Positions 1 through 14,601 are shown, counted from the whole stretch's first letter. The stretch is DNA of 63,715 bases, filler included, from Octopus bimaculoides (GCF_001194135.2; 6 parts of 6 records of this genome joined end to end with filler, not necessarily neighbours in it); one strand, 5' to 3'. Made by a program: numbers and translations. Notes: generated from the sequence alone by a model not told the origin.

Positions 1-83
1 CACAACGCCCGGTCTGGGAATCGGAACTGCGATCCTACGACCCCGAGTCCGCTGCCCTAACCGCTGGGCCATTGCGCATCCAC
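1..83 (-). mobile_element. 5' head of a tRNA-derived SINE, cut by the window edge
   Basis: Reverse complement reads GTGGATGCGCAATGGCCCAGCGGTTAGGGCAGCGGACTC...GCAGTTCCGATTCCCAGACCGGGCG. It has Pol III A-box (TGGCCCAGCGG) and B-box-like motifs but no complete cloverleaf. Confidence 0.75.
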
Positions 84-1599
84 GCTGTGTCTATATATAT
101 ATACATATACATATATATAATCTTTACCAGGTTTATAAAGTTCTCTTTCATGTGGATTGCTTAACAAAAAAATCACTGGCATCATTCTGATAAAAAATAT
201 TACGTTGGGATGCCTCGGTGACAGATGAGCATTATCATTACACATTGACAAAATTTCTTCTTTAATAAAGTGTAAATAATACATTATTATTAACGTTTTA
301 CCGTGCAAAGTTTCCATAATGGGAACAAATTTTAAAATTGCATTACAAACGTACGTATAATCAATAGTCGAATTAGACTGCTTAATTACGTTTATTTATG
401 CACCACTTAATATCTACTGAAGCTACACCAATCATCTGTAATAATTCTTTCATGTAAACCAGCAATAAATTTGATGAAAATGTCATATAAGAGTAAAGTA
501 ACTTTTGAAGGTCGTAATTTTTTATATGATACTTTTCTTTCTACATTTAGCTATTCTTCAGATATGAATATAATACACATATATAAAACTAAAGTACTAC
601 CAATTCTGTAGCTTATGTAGTATTTACAGCAGTTTATATAAAGCGTTCCCAATTTGGGAACATTAGCATACTCTGGTACCTAAAAGTTGCTTCTATACTA
701 TACGATGGGTGTAACACATTTTGTTTTGTTCAAACCGCTTCTGCTTTAGTTTATTACGACTGTGACGTGCTTAATCTTCTTGAAACCTGTATCTCACGGC
801 AGTAATTACAGAAACTTGTTGTGCATAGCTACACTCAGCCTCTCAGTTCTCTTTTTACTCCGCTAAAAGGCTACATAAAGTACGCAGTGAGCAATACCAT
901 AGAAAATAATCTTCATTAATATTCCATTATTTCAGCTTTCATTTTGTGTTTTAATTATTTTCATTTTAGTAAGGATGTATTTTTAGTGTAATAAACAAAA
1001 AAAAAATCAATGACATAAATATAAACATACAATAGAAAATGCATATTCTTTAGCTACTCTTCATATTCTGTTCATTATGTTGCGATATACTCATCAAAAT
1101 ACAATTGATTTCAATGTGGTTCATTTTTACCCTTACCAGGCTAACGTTCCCATTTTGGGAACATAGTAAAAAAATACTAGGAAACATACTTTTCGTGCAA
1201 ATTTGATACATAAAACAAATATTGAATGAGAAACAAGCAATGTAGTCAAACATTACGATTTTTCTATCATTGCAACTATAAGCCGCCTCTAAAGCGTTAA
1301 AGTCTTGTAATTTCGCTTTGTAGCTGAAGGGTTCTAATGTTACATGTTGCAATATTTATCGTTGTAACTCCTATTTATATGCAGATGTTGCTTTCGTCAT
1401 TATTATTTGTTTTTTTTTACTAGGGTCGCATTTTGTCTGTTCGTAGAGTATGTCTTGTTGTCGTCTTATGTATTCCCCGGCTGCAAACACTGCCATGTAT
1501 TTAGAAAACATAGTAAAACAATATCAAATAGGAACATTTTCTTTCTCTTTTTTGATTTAATTTTGTTGGGAATGTTTCAAAATGAAATGTAATAATCTT

Positions 1600-1762
1600 T
1601 TCTACTAGCGAGACAAGGTCTGGAATTTGGTACTTATTTTATCAACAGCAAACGATGAAAAGTAAAGTCGAATCGGCGGAATTTAAACTCGGTATGTAAA
1701 GATGGATGAAAATGCGAAGCATTTTGACCGGTGTACTAACGATTCTGCAAGCACGCCACCTC
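1600..1762 (-). mobile_element. tRNA-derived SINE, family A, diverged
   Basis: Matches other copies in the window: tacttattttatc...gatgaaaagtaaagtcga..cggcggaattt.aactc...gattctgcaagcacgccacct (compare 14083-14307, 28752-28900). Confidence 0.8.
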
Positions 1763-2574
1763 CTGGAAAATTAAAAAAATAAGATGCAATAATAAGAAAC
1801 AAATTCAGATTTGAAATGAAAATATATCTTGTGTATATTATAGAGGTTTCTTATTGCTTGTCGTTGCATTAGCGAATTGTTAGCCACTCCGAATAAACAT
1901 TCAGAAGTGGTTAAAACTCTCACAGATAATTCGTTTGAGTTCCAGACATAACTTTGCTTCTTAGCATCTTTCAAGTATATACAATCTAAATTTATTTAGC
2001 ATTTTTCATATATTTTATGTATTTGATAACATATTGCTGTTCTAATCTCATAAAAGCGGGGTATTACTAAAGAAATTGAAGATTCTAAACTTATTTTCCA
2101 TATGTCTCAAGTTCATCTACATTATACTATCTACTGTAGTCTTGTTTAAGCCTTAGGCAACTCTGATCGGGAAGATCTTGGCTTTGAGATAGAGAAATTC
2201 TAGAAAAACATTATCCAGTGTAGAATAATGTTGTAAAGTCGGGTAGAGTTTAGTAGATATTTTTGTAACATGTTTCTACGTATGTGGGCATATCTCTATA
2301 GTATGTATACACATAGACACAAATATATACTTTATCTGTAACGATAAATGAATGACTCAAAAAAACCAAGTGTATCTTACGCTACACTAATGAGACGAAG
2401 TAATCAGTTTGAGACAAATCATTAGTTCTACGGCTAAATAATAGGGAGTATTGCCTACTTTTGCATATTCAGGTCCGCCTTCCATGTTTAGTTTACTCCA
2501 TTAAAGTTATATTTACGTGCATATATGTGCGTTTGTGCACGCGCGCGTGTGTGTCTATAACTATATCAACCAGA

Positions 2575-2820
2575 TTATGTAGTGTTGTTATACACCATTG
2601 GTCACGATGCACTTCCTCGCATTCGAACAATGACACTCTACTGGCTGGGTAAGTAGGCTAACATAACTCTCGCACGGTTGTCTAGTTACAACTGAATGGG
2701 CTGAACTAAAGTGAAATTCACTGTTTTGCTGAAGAGCACAAGGCACTGCCGATCTAGGATCAGAAACAACGATCTTGCAATTATGTCTGCGACACCTTAC
2801 ACACTAGGCCACGTGCCTCA
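2575..2820 (-). mobile_element. Diverged tRNA-derived SINE
   Basis: Reverse complement starts TGAGGCACGTGGCCTAGTGTGTAAGGTGTCGC, an A-box-like head resembling the element at 1-83. Confidence 0.5.
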
Positions 2821-3533
2821 ATACGCACACAGACACACATACATGTATGCGTATGTAACGAAAATATCAAAATGTTAAAGAGTTCAAATACTTTTAAATA
2901 AATGGTAAACCTCCATTTCATTTCATTCGATCAAAAGCAACATATGCCGTCAAAGGCGAAGCCGAAGATGTCAGTTTGGGAATACCTATATTTTTATGCT
3001 CTTTTGCAACATTTTCCTGGATAAAAGTTGACATTCCTGGGGCAGCGTTTCATAGCATTTAGCCTGGTGTAAGAAACCTTCTCTTTCTCTTTCACTGCTT
3101 CGTTCTATCTCTCCGTTTCTTTTTATATTCTTCTCATTCATCTCTTAACGTGGTGTGTTTAAACATCGTAAATGAGAAATTTAACCAGTAGAAAATAAAA
3201 ATGACCTGGCCTCAGACATTTCACTCCTCTTGTCTATCATCCACACTATCAATACAGTGAAGATAACGATTATACAATGAAAAATAATGCGCATCACACA
3301 AAGCGTTTCGAAGAGTTTAGAGACAGGCAACAGATGTGGCCTCTCCTGTCAACCTCACCATCAATGTTCGTATAACTCCCAGCACATAAATGGCATTTTT
3401 GAGATGCAATCATATTCACTTCAAACGTGATATACATCAATAACTAACAGACAGTTTAGTTCATCTCACTATAGACGTATACTCTTCTATACACCACTAA
3501 AGATTAACTCTATCGAATTTGGCGTTTATATAT

Positions 3534-3590
<57 letters not shown>

Positions 3591-4451
3591 NNNNNNNNNN
3601 NNNNNNNNNNNNNNNNNNNNNNNNNNNNNNNNNNNNNNNNNNNNNNNNNNNNNNNNNNNNNNNNNNNNNNNNNNNNNNNNNNNNNNNNNNNNNNNNNNNN
3701 NNNNNNNNNNNNNNNNNNNNNNNNNNNNNNNNNNNNNNNNNNNNNNNNNNNNNNNNNNNNNNNNNNNNNNNNNNNNNNNNNNNNNNNNNNNNNNNNNNNN
3801 NNNNNNNNNNNNNNNNNNNNNNNNNNNNNNNNNNNNNNNNNNNNNNNNNNNNNNNNNNNNNNNNNNNNNNNNNNNNNNNNNNNNNNNNNNNNNNNNNNNN
3901 NNNNNNNNNNNNNNNNNNNNNNNNNNNNNNNNNNNNNNNNNNNNNNNNNNNNNNNNNNNNNNNNNNNNNNNNNNNNNNNNNNNNNNNNNNNNNNNNNNNN
4001 NNNNNNNNNNNNNNNNNNNNNNNNNNNNNNNNNNNNNNNNNNNNNNNNNNNNNNNNNNNNNNNNNNNNNNNNNNNNNNNNNNNNNNNNNNNNNNNNNNNN
4101 NNNNNNNNNNNNNNNNNNNNNNNNNNNNNNNNNNNNNNNNNNNNNNNNNNNNNNNNNNNNNNNNNNNNNNNNNNNNNNNNNNNNNNNNNNNNNNNNNNNN
4201 NNNNNNNNNNNNNNNNNNNNNNNNNNNNNNNNNNNNNNNNNNNNNNNNNNNNNNNNNNNNNNNNNNNNNNNNNNNNNNNNNNNNNNNNNNNNNNNNNNNN
4301 NNNNNNNNNNNNNNNNNNNNNNNNNNNNNNNNNNNNNNNNNNNNNNNNNNNNNNNNNNNNNNNNNNNNNNNNNNNNNNNNNNNNNNNNNNNNNNNNNNNN
4401 NNNNNNNNNNNNNNNNNNNNNNNNNNNNNNNNNNNNNNNNNNNNNNNNNNN

Positions 4452-4487
<36 letters not shown>

Positions 4488-5708
4488 ACTGATAATATAT
4501 GTATGAATGATTGTGTGTATATAAATATATATATAACTGCGCAGCGTTGATTTAACATTCAGAAAATGCTTACGATTACAATTATCCTTGCTGTAAATTT
4601 AAATAAAATTTAAACAAATGTGTTTTTCTTCTTGTTTTTTTGGGGTTTATTATACTTCGCAGTTGGCAGAAAAATTATGAACTTTTGTCCCGACTAGTTT
4701 ACATATCTATTTCGCAATCCATCAGAAATAAGCCAATAAATGATAACAAATAAATATACTTATTTATTTATTTCTGTACCTAAATTATTGCTAAGTTATG
4801 CAAATTTATCATTTTCTTTTAACGTACATCGCAATATGCTATTAATCTTTTCTTAGCAGAAAATGAGAGTATTTTCCTTCGATGTGTCTATAAGTAAGGT
4901 TGAAACCCACCAGGAAAAGTAGGGATAATACGTCTCCAATTTCTTCGGCCCAATTAAATGACTACACTTAACTGAATTTGAGATCGATTGTATGTTGAAG
5001 TTCAAATTCATATTAGTCATTACATAACCTGTATCACATGATAATTTATTAACTTCGCTGTGTACATACGTTTTCGTATGACATTTAAAGAAACGTCTTA
5101 CATCAACTAACTTTCGTTGTGTTTTGTTTTAACCGCTTTAAATTATCAATCTTTAGTTGTTTACATCGGAAGTGTTTGCTATTTGAAATGAACAGAAAGT
5201 CAGCAGAAAGACGTAGAGGTTTCTAACATCGAAGTAAACTATATGTCTGGCAGAAAGATAGTGAAAATCCCTTCCGATTAATCTACTCGATGTAGCATTT
5301 TCTAAAGGTTGAACAGATTTTAGTAACTAGATGTATTGGATAATGTATTTACATTAATTATACAAACATACCTAATTCATACAAGCATACCTAATACATA
5401 CATTTCAACGATGTAATTACACTGGGTAAGATTCGTAAATGATTATTCTAATTTGATAGTCCTTCATATAACGTATTTGATATATTGATGTGTTGTTTGA
5501 CCACTGGCTTAATCCGTACCCTTTGGCAGAAATGAAACTATTGAATACATACATACATGCATAACTATAAACATTTACACATGTATATATACGTACATAA
5601 ATACATATATGTATACGCACACATTATCTATCCATCTATCTATCTATCTATCTATCTATCCATACATACATACATACATATATACATCTCTTTCTCTCTC
5701 TATCTCTC

Positions 5709-5753
<45 letters not shown>

Positions 5754-6984
5754 NNNNNNNNNNNNNNNNNNNNNNNNNNNNNNNNNNNNNNNNNNNNNNN
5801 NNNNNNNNNNNNNNNNNNNNNNNNNNNNNNNNNNNNNNNNNNNNNNNNNNNNNNNNNNNNNNNNNNNNNNNNNNNNNNNNNNNNNNNNNNNNNNNNNNNN
5901 NNNNNNNNNNNNNNNNNNNNNNNNNNNNNNNNNNNNNNNNNNNNNNNNNNNNNNNNNNNNNNNNNNNNNNNNNNNNNNNNNNNNNNNNNNNNNNNNNNNN
6001 ATATATATATATATATATATAAACCAATGCAAAACTTCACACATGCACATCTCATTGACAAAACTACACACACGATAAAACAGTGTTTATACTCAAACGG
6101 ATACATACAGTATCCGTTACGGTATCCGAAAGATAAAAGCATTAAAAAAATATTTACTTTGATTTATGGAGATATGTCAGCTGTAAAGATATGATAACAT
6201 GATTCATGAGAAAATGTAAAATATCATAACTGACTTTTATAATGTTGCAATAACCTGATAAATTAACTATCGTCTAACGTGCTATAATGTAATAATATAA
6301 CATTGCAACGTAATAATATCATAATAAAACTGTATAAAATTGAGTGAAATAAATTTTGTTAACATATCGATGAAAAGTTATAAAACGTAGTATCAAGGGA
6401 TAAAAACAGAAATTAAAATAAAGATGACATCAAGTTAGCATTAAATTACCATGGTATTAAAAACAAGGATTTAAATGCTTATAATTGATTGAATGCTGCG
6501 TTATATTTTTACATGAAATTATTCACATTTGCCATATATATATATATATATATATATATGGTGTGTTATGTGAATTTATTGAAAGGTATCCCATAAAACT
6601 CAACAAATTTGTTAAAAGTGGAGAAGAGAAGATGTTAAAAGTTGAAAGAATTCTCTAATTCATGCATACGATCATTTCGAACAGCGATATTAAAACACGC
6701 AAATTCATGGTAGAATAGAAATAATTAAATTAATTTGATTAAATTAAAATAATTATATATCACTGTTCTCCTCAGTGCAACAAGTATAAGCAAATCATTA
6801 TTACAGAGGACTTGATAAAGGAAACAGCAGTGAATAATTTCGGATATTCATATTTATCCTTATGAAAATGAAGGAGCATCATAATATAGAATATGAGTCT
6901 AGTTAATTATAAATTCTACGCTTTTTAACCAGTTTCTTCTAAGTGCTGATACGTCTGATCCTCGTTCGTTATTAGCGGAGAGGC

Positions 6985-7015
<31 letters not shown>

Positions 7016-7018
7016 TGC

Positions 7019-7062
<44 letters not shown>
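6985..7062. repeat. Compound (GACA)n(GATA)n microsatellite
   Basis: Read directly. Representative of dozens of CA, TA, CT, GATA, CATA and ATT microsatellites, most N gaps being bordered by such tracts. Confidence 0.95.
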
Positions 7063-7063
<1 letters not shown>

Positions 7064-8228
7064 AGAAAGGACGAAAGTGATGGACAGATGGGGACAGACA
7101 GACAGGTGAATGTGTTCCTGTTTGCAACATGCTTAATTATAAAACAGTTTTGTTACAGCAGATGTATTCAAGTATAAATTTTTCACTCAAGTCTCACACG
7201 AACCTCTGTCACAAATAAAAGCATAACAATAATAGCCACAGCGTAGAAGGTACATTGAGTAACTTCATAGATAATTTTGTATTAGTTCAAGCATTTTTAC
7301 ACTTCATTTTCCACCAATTACCAAATTTCGTGTATGTGTAGATATATTCAAACTTTATATAACTCTATAAAGTTATTTTAACTCAGACATGATTAATTAT
7401 TAATTAGAGTATGTAATGAGGATTTTTTTTTATTACTACATTATTGATGAGACAATTAAACTGCTATTTGTTAAAAAGAATTCAAAGAAATCGTAAAGCA
7501 AACAAAATAAAAACATCATGCTGATCGTCAACATTAATAATAAGTAACATTACCATAATAAATTAATTAAAACGCATTATGAAACTATATTTGAAAATAT
7601 TAGCATGTTTTTAGTTTCGTAATTTTAAGTCCATGATTTAAATTTAAATTTTAGTTGCTTTTAGTGAGGCAATATTCTGTAATAGATTTTCGTCTGCTAT
7701 TAAAACTTAGGTTTTGGATTCGCAGCTTAAAGCAGTTTAATAACTCTCATGACGCTAGCTGAAGTAGAATTAATGTATGCTATCAATCACGCTGCATTTG
7801 CTCTGTTAATCAGTTTCAGAAATGTATATGAGTGGCGCAAAATTTGCATCACTCACTTCTATAAAGTTGTAATCTAGTAATAAAATTACAAACCTATGTA
7901 TGTATAACTTTCCGTGGTAGCCATATTTATGAACACGATCTCCGCTAAATTGATTTAGAACGAAATATAAATATATGACGTCACGATTCGTTTGCAGATT
8001 TCAACAGAATGTTCAAGGAACACATATGAATGCTTTTTTATTCGTCAATACATACGTACATAAGTACACACGCATACGCACACGCGCATACACATACACA
8101 CACACACACACACATANNNNNNNNNNNNNNNNNNNNNNNNNNNNNNNNNNNNNNNNNNNNNNNNNNNNNNNNNNNNNNNNNNNNNNNNNNNNNNNNNNNN
8201 NNNNNNNNNNNNNNNNNNNNNNNNNNNN

Positions 8229-8272
<44 letters not shown>

Positions 8273-8274
8273 TT

Positions 8275-8470
8275 TTATCCTTTTATTCTTTTAATTTGAC
8301 TGCGGCCATGCTGGAGCAAAACCTTTAAAGGATTTTAGTTGTACAAATCGACCCCAGGACTTACTTTTTAAGCCTAGTACTTATTCTACCGGTTGTGAAG
8401 CGGTGATGTGGGACCAACACAGACACAATGACACACGGACACATACACAAACACACACAAACACAGACAC
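8275..8470 (-). mobile_element. SINE family B, 3' part
   Basis: ttgactgcggccatgctggagc...atcgaccccaggactt...aagcctagtacttattct is shared with 57729-58135 and 48445-48840. Confidence 0.8.
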
Positions 8471-9234
8471 ACACACACATGTATATATATACATATATAT
8501 ATATATACATACATACACATTCCCACATATGTGTATATAATTACATATATGTATACCACATAGCCGGGCAGACAGTGAGGAGCATACGCGAATATAAGCA
8601 TGTGTGTGTTGGTTCAGAATGAACAAGATGTGGTTTCCCGTACAGCTGTCCACGTGTGATGTTTCGGTGTTGGCCTGATTCAAAATCCCCTTGTTCTTGT
8701 TATTACAGTGTCATTATGTGCCGTTGAGAAAATTTCCATTTGCAAATGTATATGGCAATGCATCAATCAGTTATAATTTGTCAATCTATACCAGTCATGA
8801 AGAGGTTAAGCGACAAAGCTTCCTCCAACGGCATGCTGTGATACAAGTCATCGACATGAATGACATCGTAATGCATTTCAGTTAACCTTACAAACGCTTG
8901 TGAAATTGTATCTGCGACAGCTTTACAGTAGATAAAGAGCACTCCCGAGGTAAGAATATTTCTATTAACGTTAAACTAATTCTGTACAAAACAATGGCGA
9001 TGATTCTTGCGGCAAAACCTGAACTCTATACAAGAGACATACATCGCAACACGAAAGCTGCAATCAAGTAAAACTGCCGGATGTTATGTATGTGTCAGTG
9101 GCTGGGGATATTGACCAACAAGGAGGTTGTAACACGTGATAATTAAGAGACAGCTAAAAACAGCTTCGAAATCATGTACGCATACATACATACATACATA
9201 CATACATACATACATACATACATACATGCATACA

Positions 9235-9360
9235 AAGATATCCCGTTGTTGAAGTTGAAATTCCAATAAAGGAACCTCGGATTTAGGTTTGAAACCGTTT
9301 CTTTCTCTATTGGAAAGCAATCTTGAAATAAACCGGATAATGACATACATACTTACATAC
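9235..9360 (+). mobile_element. Short retroelement 3' end (family D) embedded in (CATA)n
   Basis: Core ctcggatttaggtttgaaaccgtttctttctctattggaaagcaatcttgaaata...ataatg recurs at 31085-31167. (CATA)n lies on both sides of both copies. Confidence 0.65.
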
Positions 9361-9989
9361 TTGTATACATTCTGTTCAACACCATATATTGTCATCGTCC
9401 ATCCCATTAGCCCAACCTATAAGCCGTTTTAATGTGAAAGATCGAAGACTTGCAATTTATACTCATTACGACTATCGAATTGACGACTCTATGAACACTC
9501 TTACACAAGTTCTTAGTCGTTCTCACACACTTAAAAATACGAGGACATCCATAGAATCCTATAATGATGTTTAATCAAGTTAATACTGTATTTTATTAAT
9601 AGGATCGTTGATGAGTTTATACATACATATATACATGAGTTTAGTTTATATATATGTTTAATCACAAACACACATACACACACATTAAATAGATTCACCG
9701 TAATTGACCTATTAGAAGACACCTCTAAGTGTTTTCATAAAAGTTGTAAAGAAATTACATTTTTGCTTTATTTATTTAATGTTTGTTTCGTCTGTAGTGT
9801 TTAATTTTATAGCTAAGTGATATTAAAATGATTCCTGATGAGGAATGTAGCCAGGCGGATGCACCGTAATTAGTAGATAATTTGGATAATTTGAAGAACT
9901 AGTAAGAGAAACATGAATATACTTTAAACATTTAACAAACATAGACACGCACACACACAACGCACGCACGTATATAGATATGTATATGG

Positions 9990-10190
9990 TGGCAAGCTTG
10001 TTGAATCTTTGCCGCGCCGGAAATAACCGCTTAGTGGCATTTCTCTTGAAATGTCACCTGGGTCAGCTGTGCTCTTCAATCTTTTGGGATCGACAAAATT
10101 TGTAGCAGTTCAGCACTGGGCTCAATGCAATTAACCTACCATGTCCCTCTAAGTTTGAGACCCTTTACCTATTGTAGAAAGAATATAGAG
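9990..10190 (+). mobile_element. SINE family A, highly diverged
   Basis: gtggcaagcttgttgaatc...gcttagtggcatt...tcttttgggatcgac...cactgggctcaatgcaatt aligns loosely to the family A layout. Confidence 0.5.
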
Positions 10191-10394
10191 ATATGTGTGA
10201 AAAGACATGGTGGTGTGGCAAAGTAATCCAATTCACGAATACATGGTAGCGGTTTCGTTCCTAGTAAATCTAGAACCTAGATATACTGTTTCATTTTCTC
10301 TTCACATTGAGAAATTTATTTGTGTATTAATGTGGCTGAGTTTATGAGTATGTTAAATTTACAATTATCTTACTGGCAATTTATCATCCTCATC

Positions 10395-11890
10395 AAGATC
10401 CCTAACTGACGCGCCTGGTCGCTGGGGTGTCACTTTAGAGGCTCTCGCTGTCAGCTGTCACCACTGGTCTGTTTTCATTGCCATGCGCAGTACGTTCTAC
10501 TCTTGTGACTTGTCCACTTCCTGCTGTTGTCAAACTAGGATTTTCTGTCTGTCTCTTTTTCTCCTCTCTCTGAAGATTGGTTTTGTAAAGGGAATTGTGA
10601 CGGAATACATGTTAGTACTAGGAACCCTTTCGTCTTTTTAACTGTGCAAGGGAGTGATTCCTGTCTGCAAGGGAGTGATTCCTGTCTGCAAGGGAGTGAT
10701 TCCTGTCTGCTAAAGTATTTTTTGACAAAGCTGATCGTTTTGTGCTCTATGTAAGCGGTATGAAACACTTGTACTCAAGTGCTGGATTCTTCACCCCTTG
10801 TTAGCAATAAGTGAGAGCATCTCTAACACCCGTACAGAAGGATTGAAGTCACCAGGGACTTGTACACTCTGAGTCTTCTTGGAAATTAATGCCATTGCTC
10901 TTCCATATTGTGTTCCGCTTCGTCATGGCAGTAGAGGCTAAACTGAGTTTTGTTGTTATTTGGTCAAAGTGGATCCTATGTTCTTGCAGGTGACTACTTC
11001 GTCACATTTTTTTCCATTCAACATAATGTCGGTTGCTGTGTTTTCATTGTTACTATTAACCAGGATTTTGCCCTTTTCTGAGCTGAAATCCAACCTGTAT
11101 GCTCCTCGATACTTTTTCCAGTTTGGTGGTGACCATTTTTAGTTTTGCTTCAATGCTTCCTAACAGGTCAATATCATCATCAAAACGCAGGTCGGAAACA
11201 GGCCACCTCCAATGGAAACAGAGAATTAGAGGTTTTGAACCGTCTCCTACATAATGTTCTACAGAAAGATGTTGAAAAGCACTGGAGAAAGGAGAGACCA
11301 TTCTCGAACACCGACTGTTGTCCTGAAGAATTTTGCATACTATTATTCAGGAGAAGTGCACATCATGAGATTTCATACACTACCGGGATTACTTCACTGA
11401 GTTGTAATTCCTCATCACCTCTCACGACCCAACACGCGAAGTACAGCCAAAGGCGTTTTTGAAGTCAATGAAGCAGTGATTGAAATCAGATTGATGTTGC
11501 AGGTTTTCCAGTGAGCAGCCTAATGTTAAGTATCTGCTCCACAGTTTCCTTGTGCACCTAAATCCTGTCTTTTCTTCTGCAAGGAGTTCTTCTCCCTTTT
11601 CTTAAGTCTGTGTAGCAAAACTCTTAGCAATACTTTGCTGGGGTAGCTAATTAACCTAATTGTTCTATAATTTTCTCAGAATCTAAAGTGCCTTTCTTGG
11701 GAATGGGTATCATCAGTGATTGGGTTGAATCATTTGGCCACGGCTTCGTCTCCCATATCTTCTGACAGGAAAGTGTTAGTACCATTATGAGCTTTAACCC
11801 TTCAGGTTTTAGGAGTTCTGATGAGATGTTATCCACTCGTGGGGATTTCCCATCTTTGTGCATATACACTGTCTCTTGAACTAAGTGGTT
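10395..11890 (-). mobile_element. RTE-clade LINE, 5'-truncated, decayed reverse transcriptase and 3' end
   Basis: Minus-strand peptides KDGKSPRVDNISSELLK..IWETKPWPNDSTQSLMIPIPKKG, LRFDDDIDLLGS (FADD motif) and FHTAYIEHKT..QES..TVKK match RTE RT motifs. Multiple stops and frameshifts. Confidence 0.85.
10645..10710. repeat. 21-bp tandem triplication inside the RTE remnant
   Basis: (tgcaagggagtgattcctgtc)x3 starting at 10645, 10666 and 10687. Confidence 0.95.
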
Positions 11891-12029
11891 AAAAGCATTT
11901 TCTTACTATGGAGAGAAAAATTAAACAATATAACTAGGTCGTTCTCAAATGTTACTTATTTTTGTTGACCCCGAAAAGAAGGCAGAGTCAATTTCGGTGG
12001 CATTTGAACTTAATCATAGTTTCAAATTT

Positions 12030-12228
12030 TAGAACAAGGCTAGCAATTATGAGGGTAGGTTTTAGTCGATGCCATCCACACTAGTCCATCTCTGGTGCTT
12101 ATTCTATAGACCCCGAAATGGTGAACAGTAAAGTCGACTTCGGATAAATTTGAACTCAGAATGTAATGAGCCGCAAGAAACAATGCTATGTATTTTGTCC
12201 GACGCTGTAACGATTTTACCAGATCGCC
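12030..12228 (-). mobile_element. SINE family A
   Basis: gaccccgaaatggtgaacagtaaagtcgacttcggataaatttgaactcagaatgtaa carries the B-box GAGTTCAAATT on the minus strand. Confidence 0.75.
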
Positions 12229-13856
12229 ACTTGATTGTAATATTAATGCATTCAAGTTGTTTGAATATGCACTGCTATAGAAATTATGCAAAACAGTTTG
12301 GTTTGTCTCAGTCAGTATACACTATGATTAGCTTTTAACTAATAACTTAAAAATTGTATTCAGATGAAGGGGTGGCAAGACTGAAAACTAGAAATATTGC
12401 CAACCTTTTCTGGCGTAACCAGGCTGGTTTCTTTTAACAGTGTACCATATTCTATGCGCATTTTGAACATACACTTTACAGTTGAAGTTGAAGTTATCCG
12501 GGAAATTCTGTATTGTGCGCTTTTAATTCATTATTCCACATCGCCAGCGCATGCTCCTATTTTGATTTAGGCAGCACAACATAGTACTGGTCGAGTTTGT
12601 ATATATTGTTCCCTCAGACACAAAATTTGTAGTCTTTCTTCAATAAATATCTACAAAGCTAGAAATACAAAATAAAAATATATTTCACCAACTTTTTAAG
12701 TATTTTCGCTGAAATATCATGTATATATTCAACTGAATGAATAGAATCTACAACTAAGTTTGCGACATACACTATTTTTGTTTTTACTTTGAGGTTTAGT
12801 TACTCCTTTTGTAAATATTTTTGAACATTCTAATGTTAGTGCGACGGAGGCCTCCATTCGGACTTCAAATAGAATAGCGAAGCTTACTAGTCAATGATAA
12901 ACTTGTGTTGAATGCAACATATATTAGGTTTCAAAAGCTGATATATAATTGAAAACGGCTCTGAATCGTATTCGTGAAACTCGTCATAGATACATCTTTC
13001 ATATAATGTTTTTCTGTTGTTTTCTATGTCGATCTCTTTCACCTACTTCACATTTTGTCGATCTTTTGTCTGTCAATTCCTCCCTTTTAACATATTTACG
13101 CTGTTAATAAATTCCTTTTAAGTTCTCTTAGTAAAATATTGGCTTTGGATGTTTTTGCGTGCAGGAAGTTACTAATGTAAGTCTCTCATCTCATAAACTC
13201 AGACTTACATACAGACATACGCATACATAGAATCGCACCTGAGTGCAAGTACATGTACATATGTTCAGACAGACACATGCAAACGCATAAGTATTGTTCA
13301 TTCAGTAGATGATAGCTCAGAAATGCACAAGTACAACAAACACATACATCCTCTGCAGACGACCATGACACACACTATTTCGGACTCACGTAATATATGC
13401 TCTAGGAAGAATGTCTGAAGCAGATCCAAGATTTCAGAATCAGCTACTATACAGATGGGATCTCTCTCACTCTCTCTCTCTTTTCCAGGCTTTATAAAAT
13501 AGGAATTATTGAATTGAAAGAGATATATTGTAGAATCTGCAACTCTCTATTTTTGTAGGTTTAAAATATACTTACTTATCGAGCAATTACACAACCTATA
13601 TCAATGCAACCTTAGGCATCACGTTTAATAATGGACGTAATGGCTATAAATCTTTATCAAAATAAATATTCCTATCTGTAGTGAAAGTGAAGTTATCACT
13701 CACATATAAAACATTTTAGGGGTAACGATATGGGAAGAGATACTTCAATGGCTTCAGTAAAAGATTCAATAAAAATAAAAATAAAGAATCAAAAGAAACG
13801 AGGAGAGGTGACACTGTTTTGTTGAATAAGAGGTTAAGGGGACAAGAAATATTCTT

Positions 13857-14065
13857 TTCTACTCTGCGCTCAAGGCCCGAAATTTTGTGGAAGGAAGCTA
13901 GTCGATTAGATCGACCCCAGTACGCAACTAGTACTTAATTCATCAACCCCAAAAGGATAAACAGAAAAGTCGACCTCAGCGGAATCTGAACTCAGAGCAA
14001 AAAGACAGACGAAATGCAGCTAAGCATTTCGACCGGCGTGCTAATGATTCTGCCAGCTCGACGTC
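13857..14065 (-). mobile_element. SINE family A (ATT-type tail)
   Basis: Full head-to-tail match to family A. Tail reads aaatttcgggccttgagcgcagagtagaaaagaat on the element strand. Confidence 0.85.
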
Positions 14066-14082
14066 TTTTCGAAAAAGAAATA

Positions 14083-14307
14083 TTTCTTTCTTTATTGCCC
14101 ACAGGGGGCTAAACATAGAGGAGACAAACAAGGACAGACAAAGAGTTCAAGTCGAATACTAGTGCGTAACTGGTCCTTATTTAAACGACCCCGAAAGGAT
14201 GAAAGGCAAAGTCAACCTCGGAGGAGTTTGAACTCAGAACGTAACGGCACACGAAATAACGCGAAGCATTTCGCCCGGCGTGCTAACGTTTCTGCCAGCT
14301 CAACGCC
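14083..14307 (-). mobile_element. SINE family A (Tx1-type tail) with about 16-bp target-site duplication
   Basis: Flanks tttcgaaaaagaaata (14067-14082) and tttcggaaaagaaata (14308-14323). Head aaggcgttgagctggcagaaacgttagcacgccgggcgaaatgc, B-box gagttcaaac. Confidence 0.9.
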
Positions 14308-14480
14308 TTTCGGAAAAGAAATACTGAAGTAAAACCATATCTGGACAGATTTGAAACTGCGTTTCTATTGTGTATGCATGAAATTCAATTCATATGTGAC
14401 AGTAGGAATCATACAACAGTTTATTAAATCATGAAACGAAACCGTTAAAAATCCTTTCATTTTCTTTCTGTGTATATTAT

Positions 14481-14601
<121 letters not shown>

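Noticed and set aside
1-83. Possible tRNA gene
   Set aside because: Has A/B boxes but no complete cloverleaf, and runs on into non-tRNA sequence: a SINE head.
8709-8949. Candidate plus-strand exon (ttattacag| ... ccgag|GTAAGA)
   Set aside because: Stops in all three frames; it could only be a UTR or non-coding exon and nothing else supports it.
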